DNA from: Bacteroidota bacterium
GTDB lineage: Bacteria; Bacteroidota; Ignavibacteria; UBA10030; UBA8401
Assembly (NCBI GenBank): GCA_031420755.1
Contig: JANONI010000367.1
Coordinates: 1 to 40,953, forward strand
Length of the DNA: 40,953 bases
Reading direction: 5' to 3'
Positions 1-9,810 of this stretch are shown piece by piece. The position numbers and the translations under genes were made by a program. Under the pieces are notes generated by a model, which worked only from the letters and a program-made list of their open reading frames with translations, had not been told where the DNA came from and did not search any database. Each line of letters starts with the position of its first letter. The first letter of the stretch is position 1.

Positions 1-2
1 AT

Positions 3-314
3 CTCAGTTTATTGAATAGTGCGCGAAAACTTTTTGATGCACAACATCTGCGTATTGCGGCAAAAGGGGGGGATGGCACTGTCGGTTGGTCTGAACATGA
101 ACCATACGATGCGATTATTGTCACCGCGGGCGCGCCATCAATTCCTGAAGCGTTGGTCAATCAATTAAGCGATGGAGGACGATTAGTAATTCCTGTCGGA
201 AATCGTGATGCGCAGCAATTAATTGTTGGAACAAAAATTGAAGGAAAATTACAGAGAGAGATTGTTGATGGATTTAAATTTGTTCCACTCATTGGAAAGA
301 ACGGGTGGAATTGA
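3..314 (+). CDS. pcm: Protein-L-isoaspartate O-methyltransferase, C-terminal part (5'-truncated by window)
   Basis: GDGTVGW..PYDAIIVTAGAP..L..QL..GGRLVIPVG..FVPLIG motifs; frame is open to the window start. Confidence 0.9.
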   Translation, partial: LSLLNSARKLFDAQHLRIAAKGGDGTVGWSEHEPYDAIIVTAGAPSIPEALVNQLSDGGRLVIPVGNRDAQQLIVGTKIEGKLQREIVDGFKFVPLIGKNGWN

Positions 315-325
315 ACTTCCTATTA

Positions 326-512
326 GAGACATCTGAAAAATCTCACATCAATGTCATTCTGAGGAGCGCAGCGACGAACCTGCCCGCCATCGGTCAGGCG
401 GGGAATCTTGCTTTTTCACTCTCTACGAGCCGTAGGCAAAAATAAAAACGAGATTCTTCTCCGCCTACGGCGGATCAGAATGACAATAGACAACCAATTT
501 TTCAGATGTCTC
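326..512. mobile_element. MITE-like element with GAGACATCTGAAAAAT ends carrying nested palindromic repeats
   Basis: Perfect IR 324-341/497-514; TATTA on both sides (321-325, 513-517); internal TGTCATTCTGA...TCAGAATGACA repeat with further small inserts. Confidence 0.8.
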
Positions 513-532
513 TATTAAATCGGTGAACCTGC

Positions 533-1444
533 GTGTCAAAACTTCCTACCATACTTGTTCTTGTTGGTCCAACCGCATCCGGTAAAACAGCGTTGGCATT
601 CTCCATAGCAAAAAGAATTCCGGTTGAAATTATTTCTGCTGATTCACGCCAAATTTATAAACATCTCACGATAGGAACAGCTAAACCCTCTGAAAAAGAA
701 CTGCATCAAATTCCTCATCATTTCATTGATCTGCTCGAACCAGATCAAAAATTTAATGCAGGAGATTTTCAGGAACAGGGAAGAAAAATTATTTCACAAA
801 TTCTTGATAAGAAAAAACTGCCGATCATTGTTGGAGGAACCGGTTTGTACGTTCAAGCGATTGTTGATGGATTTTTTGAACAACCGAAAATTTCCGGTGA
901 AGTTCGAGAACAATTGGAACTTCGTCTTGTGCGAGAGGGAAAAGAAGCTCTCTTCAAAGAACTGCAATCGATTGATTCTGAATCTGCGCAAACAATGGAT
1001 GCAAGCAAATATCGCCGAGTCATCCGCGCGTTAGAAATATTTCATGAAACCGGAACGCCAATCTCTCAGTTCCATAAACAACACAACGTAAACAAGATGT
1101 ACAACGCTCATTTTTTTGGATTAAACTGGGAACGAAGCAAATTGTACGAGCGGATTAATAACCGCGTTGACAAAATGTTTGCCGAAGGCTTTTTAGATGA
1201 AGTAAAACAATTGAAAGAAAATGGATTTGACGATCGATTTCAATCTCTTCAAACTGTTGGATATACAGAAGCGTTCGCATTCCTTCGGAACGAAATTTCA
1301 AAAGAACGAATGATCGAATTGATGAAACAAAACACACGCCGATTTGCAAAACGCCAAATGACGTGGTTCAGAAAAGAAGAACGGATACAATGGTTTGATA
1401 TTTCCGGCGAAGATCAGATTGACGAGATTGCAAAAAAATTATAA
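533..1444 (+). CDS. miaA: tRNA dimethylallyltransferase
   Basis: GPTASGKT P-loop, IISADSRQIY, VGGTGLY, TRRFAKRQMTWFR. Confidence 0.97.
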   Translation: MSKLPTILVLVGPTASGKTALAFSIAKRIPVEIISADSRQIYKHLTIGTAKPSEKELHQIPHHFIDLLEPDQKFNAGDFQEQGRKIISQILDKKKLPIIVGGTGLYVQAIVDGFFEQPKISGEVREQLELRLVREGKEALFKELQSIDSESAQTMDASKYRRVIRALEIFHETGTPISQFHKQHNVNKMYNAHFFGLNWERSKLYERINNRVDKMFAEGFLDEVKQLKENGFDDRFQSLQTVGYTEAFAFLRNEISKERMIELMKQNTRRFAKRQMTWFRKEERIQWFDISGEDQIDEIAKKL

Positions 1445-1708
1445 ATGGAAACGTACGACACGTTTTGTGTGTCTGACGTTTAGCGAGGGGAAATTTCAAT
1501 TCAAAGATAAGATGTCAGACGACTCTTTTCAAAAAAAAAGCGGGCAAGTCGTCGTCAGACATCAAATAAAAAGAGGTAAAATAATTTTTCATTGTTGTCT
1601 CTCTTTTCCGTATATTTACCTATGCAAGTTCAAATCCACACGTAACTACCTCAACCGTTTTATCGCGTTAGATCATTAATGCAATCCGCAATCTTTAATA
1701 ACTGAAAA

Positions 1709-1755
1709 AACCTTGCGAAGGTTGCCTGCAATCTTCATAAAACCTTCGCAAGGTT
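1709..1755. repeat. Inverted doublet of REP-like AACCTTGCGAAGGTT / AACCTTCGCAAGGTT (uninterrupted allele)
   Basis: 15-nt units at 1709-1723 and 1741-1755 are reverse complements with a 17-nt spacer; family recurs at 5662-5749 and 19755-19977. Confidence 0.8.
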
Positions 1756-1789
1756 TAACTTTCTCGAATTTAATTTTAACAAAACTATT

Positions 1790-3397
1790 ATGAACATTTT
1801 GAAGCAAATTCAAAATCGAAAAACATTTGCAATTATCAGTCACCCTGATGCAGGAAAAACAACGCTGACAGAAAAACTATTGTTGTATGGCGGCGCAATT
1901 CAAATTGCCGGAGCGGTGAAATCAAATAAGATCAAAAAAACGGCGACATCCGATTTTATGGAAATTGAAAAACAGCGCGGAATTTCAGTTTCAACTTCCG
2001 TAATGACTTTTTCCTATAACAATTATACAATAAATCTTCTTGACACACCCGGCCACAAAGACTTCGCAGAAGATACGTATAGAACATTGACCGCTGTTGA
2101 TAGCGTTATTCTTGTTATCGATTGCGTTAAAGGTGTAGAAGAACAAACCGAAAAATTGATGAATGTGTGTAGAATGCGAAATACGCCTGTCATCGTCTTC
2201 ATCAACAAATTAGATCGTGAAGGACGAGAACCGATAGAACTGTTGGATGAAATTGAAGCGAAATTGAATATTCATGTTCGTCCGCTTTCGTGGCCTATGG
2301 GAATCGGCGGGAATTTTCGCGGTGTGTTCAATATTCATGAGAACACATTCAATTTTTTCACGCCAAATAAACAACGGATCGAAGAAGATATCGTTTCATT
2401 CAGCGGTGTTGATGATCTGAAACTGCACGATCAATTCGGAAAACAAGCTGTGCAATTGAAGCATGACATCGATCTTATTAGGGGAGTATATCCTGAATTT
2501 GATGTTCAACAATATCTTTCCGGAAATGCAGCGGCAGTATTTTTTGGAAGCGCGTTGAACAATTTTGGCGTAAAGGAATTGCTTGAAACATTTGTGAAGA
2601 TCGCGCCAAAACCTCAAGGACGTGAAACGACAAAAGGTTTTATTGAACCGACTGATGAAAAATTTTCCGGTTTTGTTTTCAAGCTTCATGCGAATTTAGA
2701 TCCGCGCCATCGTGATAGAATTGCATTTCTTCGGATCGTTTCGGGAATATTTGAACGAAATAAATTTTATTATCATGTTCGTTTGAAACGCGAGTTGAAA
2801 TTCGCTAATCCTACGTCATTTATGGCGCAGGATAAAAGTGTGGTGGACTTCGCTTATCCGGGAGATGTGATTGGTTTGTACGATTCCGGAAATTTTAAGA
2901 TTGGCGACACGCTTACCGAAGGCGAACAGATGATGTATAAGGGAATTCCAACATTCTCTCCGGAAATTTTCAAAGAATTACAACTTACTGATCCGTTCAA
3001 ATCCAAACAATTGGAAAAAGGAATTCTACAATTGACTGATGAGGGACTGGCACAAGTATTTCTGCAGAATCAAGGAAACAGGAAAGTAGTTGGTACTGTG
3101 GGCGATCTGCAATTTGATGTTATTCAGTATCGTTTAGAAAATGAATATGGCGCGCCGTGTCTATTTCGTCCGCTTGCATTGAATAAAGCAACATGGGTGC
3201 AATACGAAAAAGAAGCGGATATTGAATGGCTCAAAACGATCCATCCTCACTCAATGTTCTATGACAAGCATGGTAATTTAGTATTCATTTCCGAATCCAA
3301 ATACGCATTACAGCGCGCGATTGATAATAATCCAAAAGCAAAATTCTTATTTAGCATAGAACATAATACTGAAACACATGAAATGGTGGAAAAATAA
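1790..3397 (+). CDS. prfC: Peptide chain release factor 3
   Basis: [45 protein letters not shown]. Confidence 0.97.
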   Translation: MNILKQIQNRKTFAIISHPDAGKTTLTEKLLLYGGAIQIAGAVKSNKIKKTATSDFMEIEKQRGISVSTSVMTFSYNNYTINLLDTPGHKDFAEDTYRTLTAVDSVILVIDCVKGVEEQTEKLMNVCRMRNTPVIVFINKLDREGREPIELLDEIEAKLNIHVRPLSWPMGIGGNFRGVFNIHENTFNFFTPNKQRIEEDIVSFSGVDDLKLHDQFGKQAVQLKHDIDLIRGVYPEFDVQQYLSGNAAAVFFGSALNNFGVKELLETFVKIAPKPQGRETTKGFIEPTDEKFSGFVFKLHANLDPRHRDRIAFLRIVSGIFERNKFYYHVRLKRELKFANPTSFMAQDKSVVDFAYPGDVIGLYDSGNFKIGDTLTEGEQMMYKGIPTFSPEIFKELQLTDPFKSKQLEKGILQLTDEGLAQVFLQNQGNRKVVGTVGDLQFDVIQYRLENEYGAPCLFRPLALNKATWVQYEKEADIEWLKTIHPHSMFYDKHGNLVFISESKYALQRAIDNNPKAKFLFSIEHNTETHEMVEK

Positions 3398-3478
3398 TAT
3401 GAGCAAGCAGTATGTTAGCTGTTATTGTAAAACGACAGATGGACACGGTAGTTCTAAAATTAATAACCCTTAAAGATA

Positions 3479-3629
3479 TGTAACTACACAGCGTGTTTTT
3501 TTATGCCACACCTGCCCGCTCTACGACTCGTAGAGCGGGCAGGTGTGGCAATGATTTTCCTCAATGTTTTTATAGAAAGTCTTTGTCTACGACCTGTAAG
3601 GAAACAATAAATTGCACTGTATAGTTACA
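3479..3629. mobile_element. MITE-like element with TGTAACTACACAG ends containing a perfect 47-bp palindrome
   Basis: IR 3479-3493/3615-3629 (13/15 match); perfect 23-bp arms 3504-3526/3528-3550; two copies of the 16-nt unit inside. Confidence 0.7.
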
Positions 3630-3647
3630 ACGATATAATCAAAATTT

Positions 3648-4448
3648 ATGAAGACCAAAATTTTTTTAATAAAATCTACTAAATACTATTGGCATAAATG
3701 GTCAATCGCATTTAGGATAATGCCAATTGTAACACTTATTGCAATTCTAAAATATCTTTCTCACACTTATGAATTCGAGTTTATGGAGTTAAATGCTCTG
3801 TTTACCACTTTGGTGGCAGGTACAATTTTCCTCATAGGATTTCTTATCACAGGCGTGCTTTCTGATTACAAGGAAAGTGAAAAAATTCCGAGTGAACTTT
3901 CAACTACTCTTCAATCATTATTTGACGATACCTACACTATTTACAAGGGAAAAAACTCTGATACCGCACGACAGTTTATTGAATATCAAAAGTCATTTAT
4001 CAATTCGCTGAACGCTTGGTTTTATAAAAAAGAAAGAACTAATTCAATCCTAAATAAAATAAGTTTGATGAATGATTTTTTTGTATCACTTGACAAAGAA
4101 GGGATTCAACCTAATTACATTATTAAAATAAAAAGTGAGCAAAACAATATCAGAAAGTTAATATTAAGAATAGACACAATAAGAGATACAGGATTCATAG
4201 GTTCTGCTTACGCAATTGTTGAAGCAATGTGGCTTGCAATCGCTTTTGGACTAATTATAATTAAAATCGAACCGTTTTATGCATCTTTGTTTTTCACTAT
4301 ACTTATTATGTTTCTTATTTCATATATGTTTTTTTTGATAAAAGACCTTGATAATCCATTTGATTATTCTACAAGAGGCGAAAGCGGAACAGAAATTTCA
4401 TTAAAACCTATTCAGGACTTTGAAATTGTTCTGAAAGAATTTAATTAA
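3648..4448 (+). CDS. Hypothetical 4-TM membrane protein, bestrophin-like/DUF4239-like
   Basis: Two N-terminal and two C-terminal hydrophobic helices followed by a DLDNPF motif; AT-rich coding sequence. Confidence 0.6.
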   Translation: MKTKIFLIKSTKYYWHKWSIAFRIMPIVTLIAILKYLSHTYEFEFMELNALFTTLVAGTIFLIGFLITGVLSDYKESEKIPSELSTTLQSLFDDTYTIYKGKNSDTARQFIEYQKSFINSLNAWFYKKERTNSILNKISLMNDFFVSLDKEGIQPNYIIKIKSEQNNIRKLILRIDTIRDTGFIGSAYAIVEAMWLAIAFGLIIIKIEPFYASLFFTILIMFLISYMFFLIKDLDNPFDYSTRGESGTEISLKPIQDFEIVLKEFN

Positions 4449-4600
4449 ACTGCATTGTAACAGCAGACAACAACGATACACAAAACAACGAACCGCAAAC
4501 TGTTTTAAGGAATCGGATAAAATTGATTTTGTAAAACCTTTCTCCTTTTGTATATTCTATAAAATATACTCAACAGAATTACAATTTTTAAGAGGAAGTA

Positions 4601-5560
4601 ATGATTGAAAAGAGCGAACACATCGCACAGTTGGAAGAACAATTCAATCAGCGCATTGCGAACGGCGAAACGATCGAACCGAATGATTGGATGCCGGATA
4701 AATACCGCAAGCAGTTGGTTCGTCTTATCTCGCAGCATGCACATTCCGAAATTATTGGAATGCTCCCCGAAGGAAATTGGATAACCCGCGCACCATCGCT
4801 TCGCCGCAAACTTGCTCTGCTTGCAAAAGTACAGGATGAAGCGGGACACGGTCATTATCTCTACAGTTCTGCAGAAACTCTCGGCACTTCCCGCGAAGAA
4901 ATGTTCGATCAACTTCACGAAGGAAAAGCAAAATACTCCTCTATATTTAATTACCCTACGTTATCGTGGGCAGATATGGGAATAATTGGATGGCTTGTTG
5001 ACGGCGCGGCAATTATCAATCAAACCACAATGGCGAAATGTTCTTACGGTCCATACTCACGCGCACTGTTTCGTATTTGTAAAGAAGAAAATTTTCACAA
5101 AAAACAGGGAATGGAAATAATTGCCGCACTCATTGCTTCCGGTGAAAAAGGAAAAGCAATGGTGCAGGAATCGGTCAACAGATTTTGGTGGCAGTCACTT
5201 ATGATGTTCGGTCCGCACGATTCAAATTCTCCTAACAGTGCCGATATGATGAAATGGAAAATTAAACTAAAAAGTAACGATGAACTTCGCCAACGATTTA
5301 TTGATACGACCGTTGAGCAAGCTTATGCGTGGGATTTAACGATCCCAGATGCAAAATTGAAATTCAATGAAACAACGCGAAGCTGGGAAGCAGGTGAAAT
5401 TGATTGGGAAGAATTCAACGCGGTGATCAATGGAAATGGTCCTTGCAATCACGAACGAATGGAAGCTCGCCGGACTGCGCACGATAATGGAAAATGGGTT
5501 CGCGATGCTGCAAGAGCGTATGAAAATAAACAACAGTTGAAGAATAAATCGGCGGCGTAA
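4601..5560 (+). CDS. paaA: 1,2-phenylacetyl-CoA epoxidase subunit A
   Basis: [52 protein letters not shown] di-iron ligands; GAGG SD. Confidence 0.95.
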   Translation: MIEKSEHIAQLEEQFNQRIANGETIEPNDWMPDKYRKQLVRLISQHAHSEIIGMLPEGNWITRAPSLRRKLALLAKVQDEAGHGHYLYSSAETLGTSREEMFDQLHEGKAKYSSIFNYPTLSWADMGIIGWLVDGAAIINQTTMAKCSYGPYSRALFRICKEENFHKKQGMEIIAALIASGEKGKAMVQESVNRFWWQSLMMFGPHDSNSPNSADMMKWKIKLKSNDELRQRFIDTTVEQAYAWDLTIPDAKLKFNETTRSWEAGEIDWEEFNAVINGNGPCNHERMEARRTAHDNGKWVRDAARAYENKQQLKNKSAA

Positions 5561-5583
5561 AAAACGAAAGACAAGAAACTCTG

Positions 5584-5820
5584 GGGTATCTCTCTACGAG
5601 TCGTAGACTAAAATCTATTTAGTCGTTCCTTAAAAATTATTCGTAAGAATGCTTCGCATAAAACCTTGCGATGCGAAGCATGCATACGCAAGGTTCTGCA
5701 AAATTCTTTCATAACCTTCGCAAGTCCCAAAGGGACACCTTTGGTGGTTGCTTGCACAGATTACATTTTGTCTACGACCCTTAGGGATGTTTTTAGTCTA
5801 CGACTCGTAGAGAGATGCCT
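5584..5820. mobile_element. MITE with GG(C/T)ATCT...CTAAAA ends, 4-bp target duplication TCTG, multiply nested inserts
   Basis: TIRs 5585-5613/5791-5819 (28/29 match); TCTG at 5580-5583 and 5821-5824; contains an interrupted AACCTT doublet and three 16-nt units. Confidence 0.8.
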
Positions 5821-5840
5821 TCTGAATTTCTAACTGCGCC

Positions 5841-6350
5841 TTATTGATTTCTAATCGCTGCATTCTTCTTCAACGACTCTTTCTCCAACAACTTCTTATA
5901 CTCAATCATTTTCTTCATCAATCTTTTGTCGCTTATTGCAAGCATTTGAACGGCAAGCAATCCGGCATTTTTTGCGCCATCAATTGCAACCGTTGCTACC
6001 GGAACTCCTCCCGGCATTTGTGCTATCGCGAGCAGAGAGTCTAATCCATCTAATGATGTTGTCTTAATTGGAACTCCGATAACCGGAAGATGAGTGTGCG
6101 ATGCTGTCATTCCGGGTAAATGAGCTGCCCCTCCGGCACCGGCAATAATAATTTTAATTCCCCGCTTCGCTGCTGTTGAAGAGTATTTCGTCATAAAATT
6201 CGGTGTGCGATGCGCGGAAGTGATTTTCATTTCATATGCTACGCCAAATTCTTCAAGCATGAGTGCTGCTTCCTGCATTACGGAAAGGTCTGAATCGCTC
6301 CCCATAATTATTCCAACACGAAGTGTCCTTCGGACAATAGGTTTTTTCAT
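5841..6350 (-). CDS. purE: N5-carboxyaminoimidazole ribonucleotide mutase
   Basis: [37 protein letters not shown]. Confidence 0.97.
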   Translation of the reverse strand: MKKPIVRRTLRVGIIMGSDSDLSVMQEAALMLEEFGVAYEMKITSAHRTPNFMTKYSSTAAKRGIKIIIAGAGGAAHLPGMTASHTHLPVIGVPIKTTSLDGLDSLLAIAQMPGGVPVATVAIDGAKNAGLLAVQMLAISDKRLMKKMIEYKKLLEKESLKKNAAIRNQ

Positions 6351-6384
6351 TTGATTAGCATAGAGGTGTCTGACATCTTAAAAT

Positions 6385-7521
6385 TTATAAACTAATTTTT
6401 TCTTCAATTGCGGTTGCTTCTTTAAGAATCCTCTTCAAATTATCACCAACAATCGTGATATGTCCCATCTTTCGCCCGACACGCGAACTATGCTTACCAT
6501 AAATATGTAAATGAATATTCGGATCGTTCAACGCAGTCTGATATACATCGCTCTTTTTTTGTGGATGCGGTTTTCCTAAAAGATTTACCATCACGGCGTA
6601 TGGCGTTACCATCTCCGTAGAGCCAAGAGGTAATTCCATAACAGAACGGATATGATTCTCGAATTGCGATGTGACACATGCTTCAATTGTGTAATGACCG
6701 GAATTATGCGGGCGCGGAGCCATTTCATTAACAATGATTGAATTGTCATGAGCTAAAAACATTTCTACACCAAACACTCCGAATCCCTTTACGGCGTTCA
6801 CCGATCGGATTGCAATTTTTATTGCGAGCGCAGAAATTTTCTTTGAAATCGGTGCCGGCGCAATTACAGTATGGCAAATATGATTTTTTTGAATGGTCTG
6901 AACAACAGGGTACACCTTGGTTTCTTTTTTGGTGCGAACGACCATCACGGCAAGTTCCATTGTGAAATTCACGAATGCCTCAGCCAGAAGATTGCTATGA
7001 CGATGGGACAAATGCTTTACAGCATTTTTGTATTCTTTTTCATTGTTGATGAGAACATTTCCGTAACCATCGTATCCCATCTTGCGGGATTTTAATACAA
7101 ATGTTGGTCCAAGAATCTTTGCAATCTGTTTAAACGTATGTACTTTTTTTATCTCAATGAATTTTGAAACAGGAATTTTATTTTTTTTAAGAATTTGTTT
7201 TTGCAGCAATTTATCCTGTATCAAGGCAATCGTGGCAGAAGATGGATAAACTTTCTTTCCAAGCGACTCAATAAATTTAAGTTTATGATGATCGACAAAT
7301 TCGTTCTCGAGTGTTATCACATTGCATTGATGAACGAAGGATCGTATATGTAATTCATCATCAACCCAGCCGATACACTCGTTGTGGGTCAATTGTCCCG
7401 CCGGAGAGTGCATTTCTTTATCCATAATAGCAATATCAAACCCCAACCGGGAAGCGGTAATTGTAGACATTTTTGCCAATTGTCCGCCGCCAAGAATTCC
7501 GATGCAGATTTTTTTATCCAT
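6385..7521 (-). CDS. purK: N5-carboxyaminoimidazole ribonucleotide synthase (ATP-grasp)
   Basis: GILGGGQL, GYDGYGN, NEMAPRPHNSGHYT, SQFENHIR, GRKMGHIT. Confidence 0.97.
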   Translation of the reverse strand: MDKKICIGILGGGQLAKMSTITASRLGFDIAIMDKEMHSPAGQLTHNECIGWVDDELHIRSFVHQCNVITLENEFVDHHKLKFIESLGKKVYPSSATIALIQDKLLQKQILKKNKIPVSKFIEIKKVHTFKQIAKILGPTFVLKSRKMGYDGYGNVLINNEKEYKNAVKHLSHRHSNLLAEAFVNFTMELAVMVVRTKKETKVYPVVQTIQKNHICHTVIAPAPISKKISALAIKIAIRSVNAVKGFGVFGVEMFLAHDNSIIVNEMAPRPHNSGHYTIEACVTSQFENHIRSVMELPLGSTEMVTPYAVMVNLLGKPHPQKKSDVYQTALNDPNIHLHIYGKHSSRVGRKMGHITIVGDNLKRILKEATAIEEKISL

Positions 7522-7647
7522 AATAATAGTGGGAATAAAGTGTAGTTCTAAAATGAAATGTCGGACTTGATCAGTACGAAACTATTTTCGGGAGAAAGAT
7601 AATGTGAATTGGCTCTATTAGCAACTATGAAAATGCTGGGATAATGC

Positions 7648-8922
7648 TCAGTAACTCAAAGATTTACCAGCATTCTCTCCGGCAACAAACCCTGTTGAAA
7701 ACGCCGCTTGCAAATTGTAACCGCCAACCGGTCCGGCAATATCCAAAATCTCTCCGCACAAAAATAAACCGGGAACAATCTTTGATTCCATTGTTGTCGG
7801 ATCAACTTCATTCAAAGCAACGCCGCCGGCAGTAACTTCACCGCGGTCCAAAGGAATATCTTTTACAACTCCAAGAGAACACCGCTTCAATTTTTCAACA
7901 AATTTTCGTCGTTCAGTTTTTGAAAGCTGATTTAATTTTTTTGAATAATCAATCGTTAGCTGAATCAATATATACTCTGCAAGTTTTTGCGGAACGAGAT
8001 ATTCCGTCAGTGTTAACATGCTTCGCAGAGGATTTATTGAAATTTCTTGGACAATTTTTTCCTCTAATTGTTCAACGGATAATTCGGGATAGAAATCGAT
8101 GCACATATCAATTTGGATTCCCTTTTGAAATTCCAAATATGTGTTTCTACTGACTTCCAACGTTGCAGGACCTGAGATACCGAAATGAGTAATAAGTACA
8201 TCGCCGGTCCATTTCGAAATTGGTGATGATTGTGTTTGGTTGGAACTTTGCGCAATTGCCATCAGTGTGCAATCCCGTATCGGTGTTCCTTGCCATAGCG
8301 ATGGAGGAGTTGGGTGCAAGAGTATTGGTGTAAGCGCAGGTCTGATCGGGACAAGAGAGTGTCCTAATTTTTGTATCCACCGAAATCCATCTCCGGTCGT
8401 TCCGGTTTTTTGATACGAAGATCCGCCGGTTGCAACGATTACTTTTGCTGCGGTAAAGATTTCACGATTTGTTTTTACGTTGAATGTTCCATTTTCATTC
8501 CGATAAATTTCCTTTACCGGTGTTTGAAAATGGATATCAACTCCATTGCGTTCCATTACGTTTTGCAGAGCATTTACAACATCTTGCGCGTCGTGACTTT
8601 TTGGAAATACTTTTCCGTTATCGCGTGTATATGTTTCGACACCTTCGTTGTTGAGCAGTGAGAGCAGTTGATTGTTAGTGAATGTGTGAAAGGCGAATTT
8701 TAGAAAACGTGATTCATTTTTTTGGAACTGCTTCAACATTGTTTGTATTTCACTTCCGTTGGTAATGTTACATTTGCCGCCGCCGGAAATAAGAATTTTA
8801 ATCCCAAGATTTTGATTTTTTTCGAGGAGAGTAACTGATGTACCGAGAGATGCAGCACGCCACGCAGCAATCATTCCTGCCGCGCCGCCGCCGATAACAA
8901 TAATGGAATTTGGTAAGTTCAT
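7648..8922 (-). CDS. HI0933/BaiN-family NAD(P)/FAD-dependent flavoprotein
   Basis: IGGGAAG, KILISGGGKCNITN, TGG.SY..TGTTGDG, VTAGGV, GGYNLQAAFSTG. Confidence 0.93.
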   Translation of the reverse strand: MNLPNSIIVIGGGAAGMIAAWRAASLGTSVTLLEKNQNLGIKILISGGGKCNITNGSEIQTMLKQFQKNESRFLKFAFHTFTNNQLLSLLNNEGVETYTRDNGKVFPKSHDAQDVVNALQNVMERNGVDIHFQTPVKEIYRNENGTFNVKTNREIFTAAKVIVATGGSSYQKTGTTGDGFRWIQKLGHSLVPIRPALTPILLHPTPPSLWQGTPIRDCTLMAIAQSSNQTQSSPISKWTGDVLITHFGISGPATLEVSRNTYLEFQKGIQIDMCIDFYPELSVEQLEEKIVQEISINPLRSMLTLTEYLVPQKLAEYILIQLTIDYSKKLNQLSKTERRKFVEKLKRCSLGVVKDIPLDRGEVTAGGVALNEVDPTTMESKIVPGLFLCGEILDIAGPVGGYNLQAAFSTGFVAGENAGKSLSY

Positions 8923-8962
8923 CGGAAGAATATAAGGATATTCTTCTCGTCTTGCTTAATGG

Positions 8963-9166
8963 TTATGGTTCATTTACTGTGTATGTTGATTTCCTTTTTA
9001 TTTCCCGCCACCATTTTCCCAAATTACCTTGTTCAGACTCATTGCGAAAATATTGAATTTGGTCTTCTTCGCTTAAATCTTTTATCTCATTGAATATTTG
9101 AGTTTGAATAGTGTCTTTTAATTCTACGGAGTCAAATGCTTTTTTAGTTGCTCGTAAATTCGTCAT
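8963..9166 (-). CDS. Small protein downstream of PIN gene, putative antitoxin
   Basis: 67 aa, overlaps the PIN gene end by 23 nt, AAGGA SD-like sequence upstream; role inferred from context. Confidence 0.6.
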   Translation of the reverse strand: MTNLRATKKAFDSVELKDTIQTQIFNEIKDLSEEDQIQYFRNESEQGNLGKWWREIKRKSTYTVNEP

Positions 9167-9614
9167 AATTAATTTCCTTTGGAGAAATTATTGTTAAAAT
9201 TCCGTAACCAAGTAATAAATTAATTTGGTTATATGCTTTCATTTTGTCAAGGCGAACAATGTGTCGAAAGTTCCAAGATACTATTGCATCAGCACGAGCA
9301 ATCGTTGCAGTGGCAACATGTGTTGCATCTTCGATCCATTGTTTCGATAAAATATTTGCTTCAAGATAAGCATTTCGTAACGATAATATTTCCTGAGTAA
9401 TGGGAACAAAATCAATATGCTCTTTGGGCAATTCGGTAATAATATTTTGGACTATAATTGGGGCTTTGTTGAGTTCACCAATAACGGCATCACTTAAGAG
9501 AAGTGTAAATTTTCCTGAACGGACTGATTCAATAAAACGCATTGAGTCAACCTTGAACTCATCATCAAGACAGCCGCCAATAACAGACGTATCTGAAAAT
9601 ATTCTAAATTTCAT
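9144..9614 (-). CDS. PIN-domain (VapC-like) ribonuclease
   Basis: DTSVIGG, VIGEL, EDATHVA, IVSWNFRHIV acidic PIN motifs. Confidence 0.88.
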   Translation of the reverse strand: MKFRIFSDTSVIGGCLDDEFKVDSMRFIESVRSGKFTLLLSDAVIGELNKAPIIVQNIITELPKEHIDFVPITQEILSLRNAYLEANILSKQWIEDATHVATATIARADAIVSWNFRHIVRLDKMKAYNQINLLLGYGILTIISPKEINYDEFTSN

Positions 9615-9810
9615 TTCTCATTTGAAGATATGTGATTATTACAATTTGCACTCTCTGCATTAAAAAAGCAATCTAAAAACCGAGGAACTTCCCATCATCA
9701 AAGCCGTCTAAATCGTTGATTATCTCTCCATAAAAGAGTATCTTAACGTTGTTTTCCAAATGTACTAATCGGGTACATTTCTCTTTTTGAATAATTTCGG
9801 AGCATTTGCG

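Noticed and set aside
1395-1679. 94-aa ORF after miaA
   Set aside because: Overlaps miaA and runs through degenerate GTCAGAC/GTCTGAC hairpins; no recognisable protein features.
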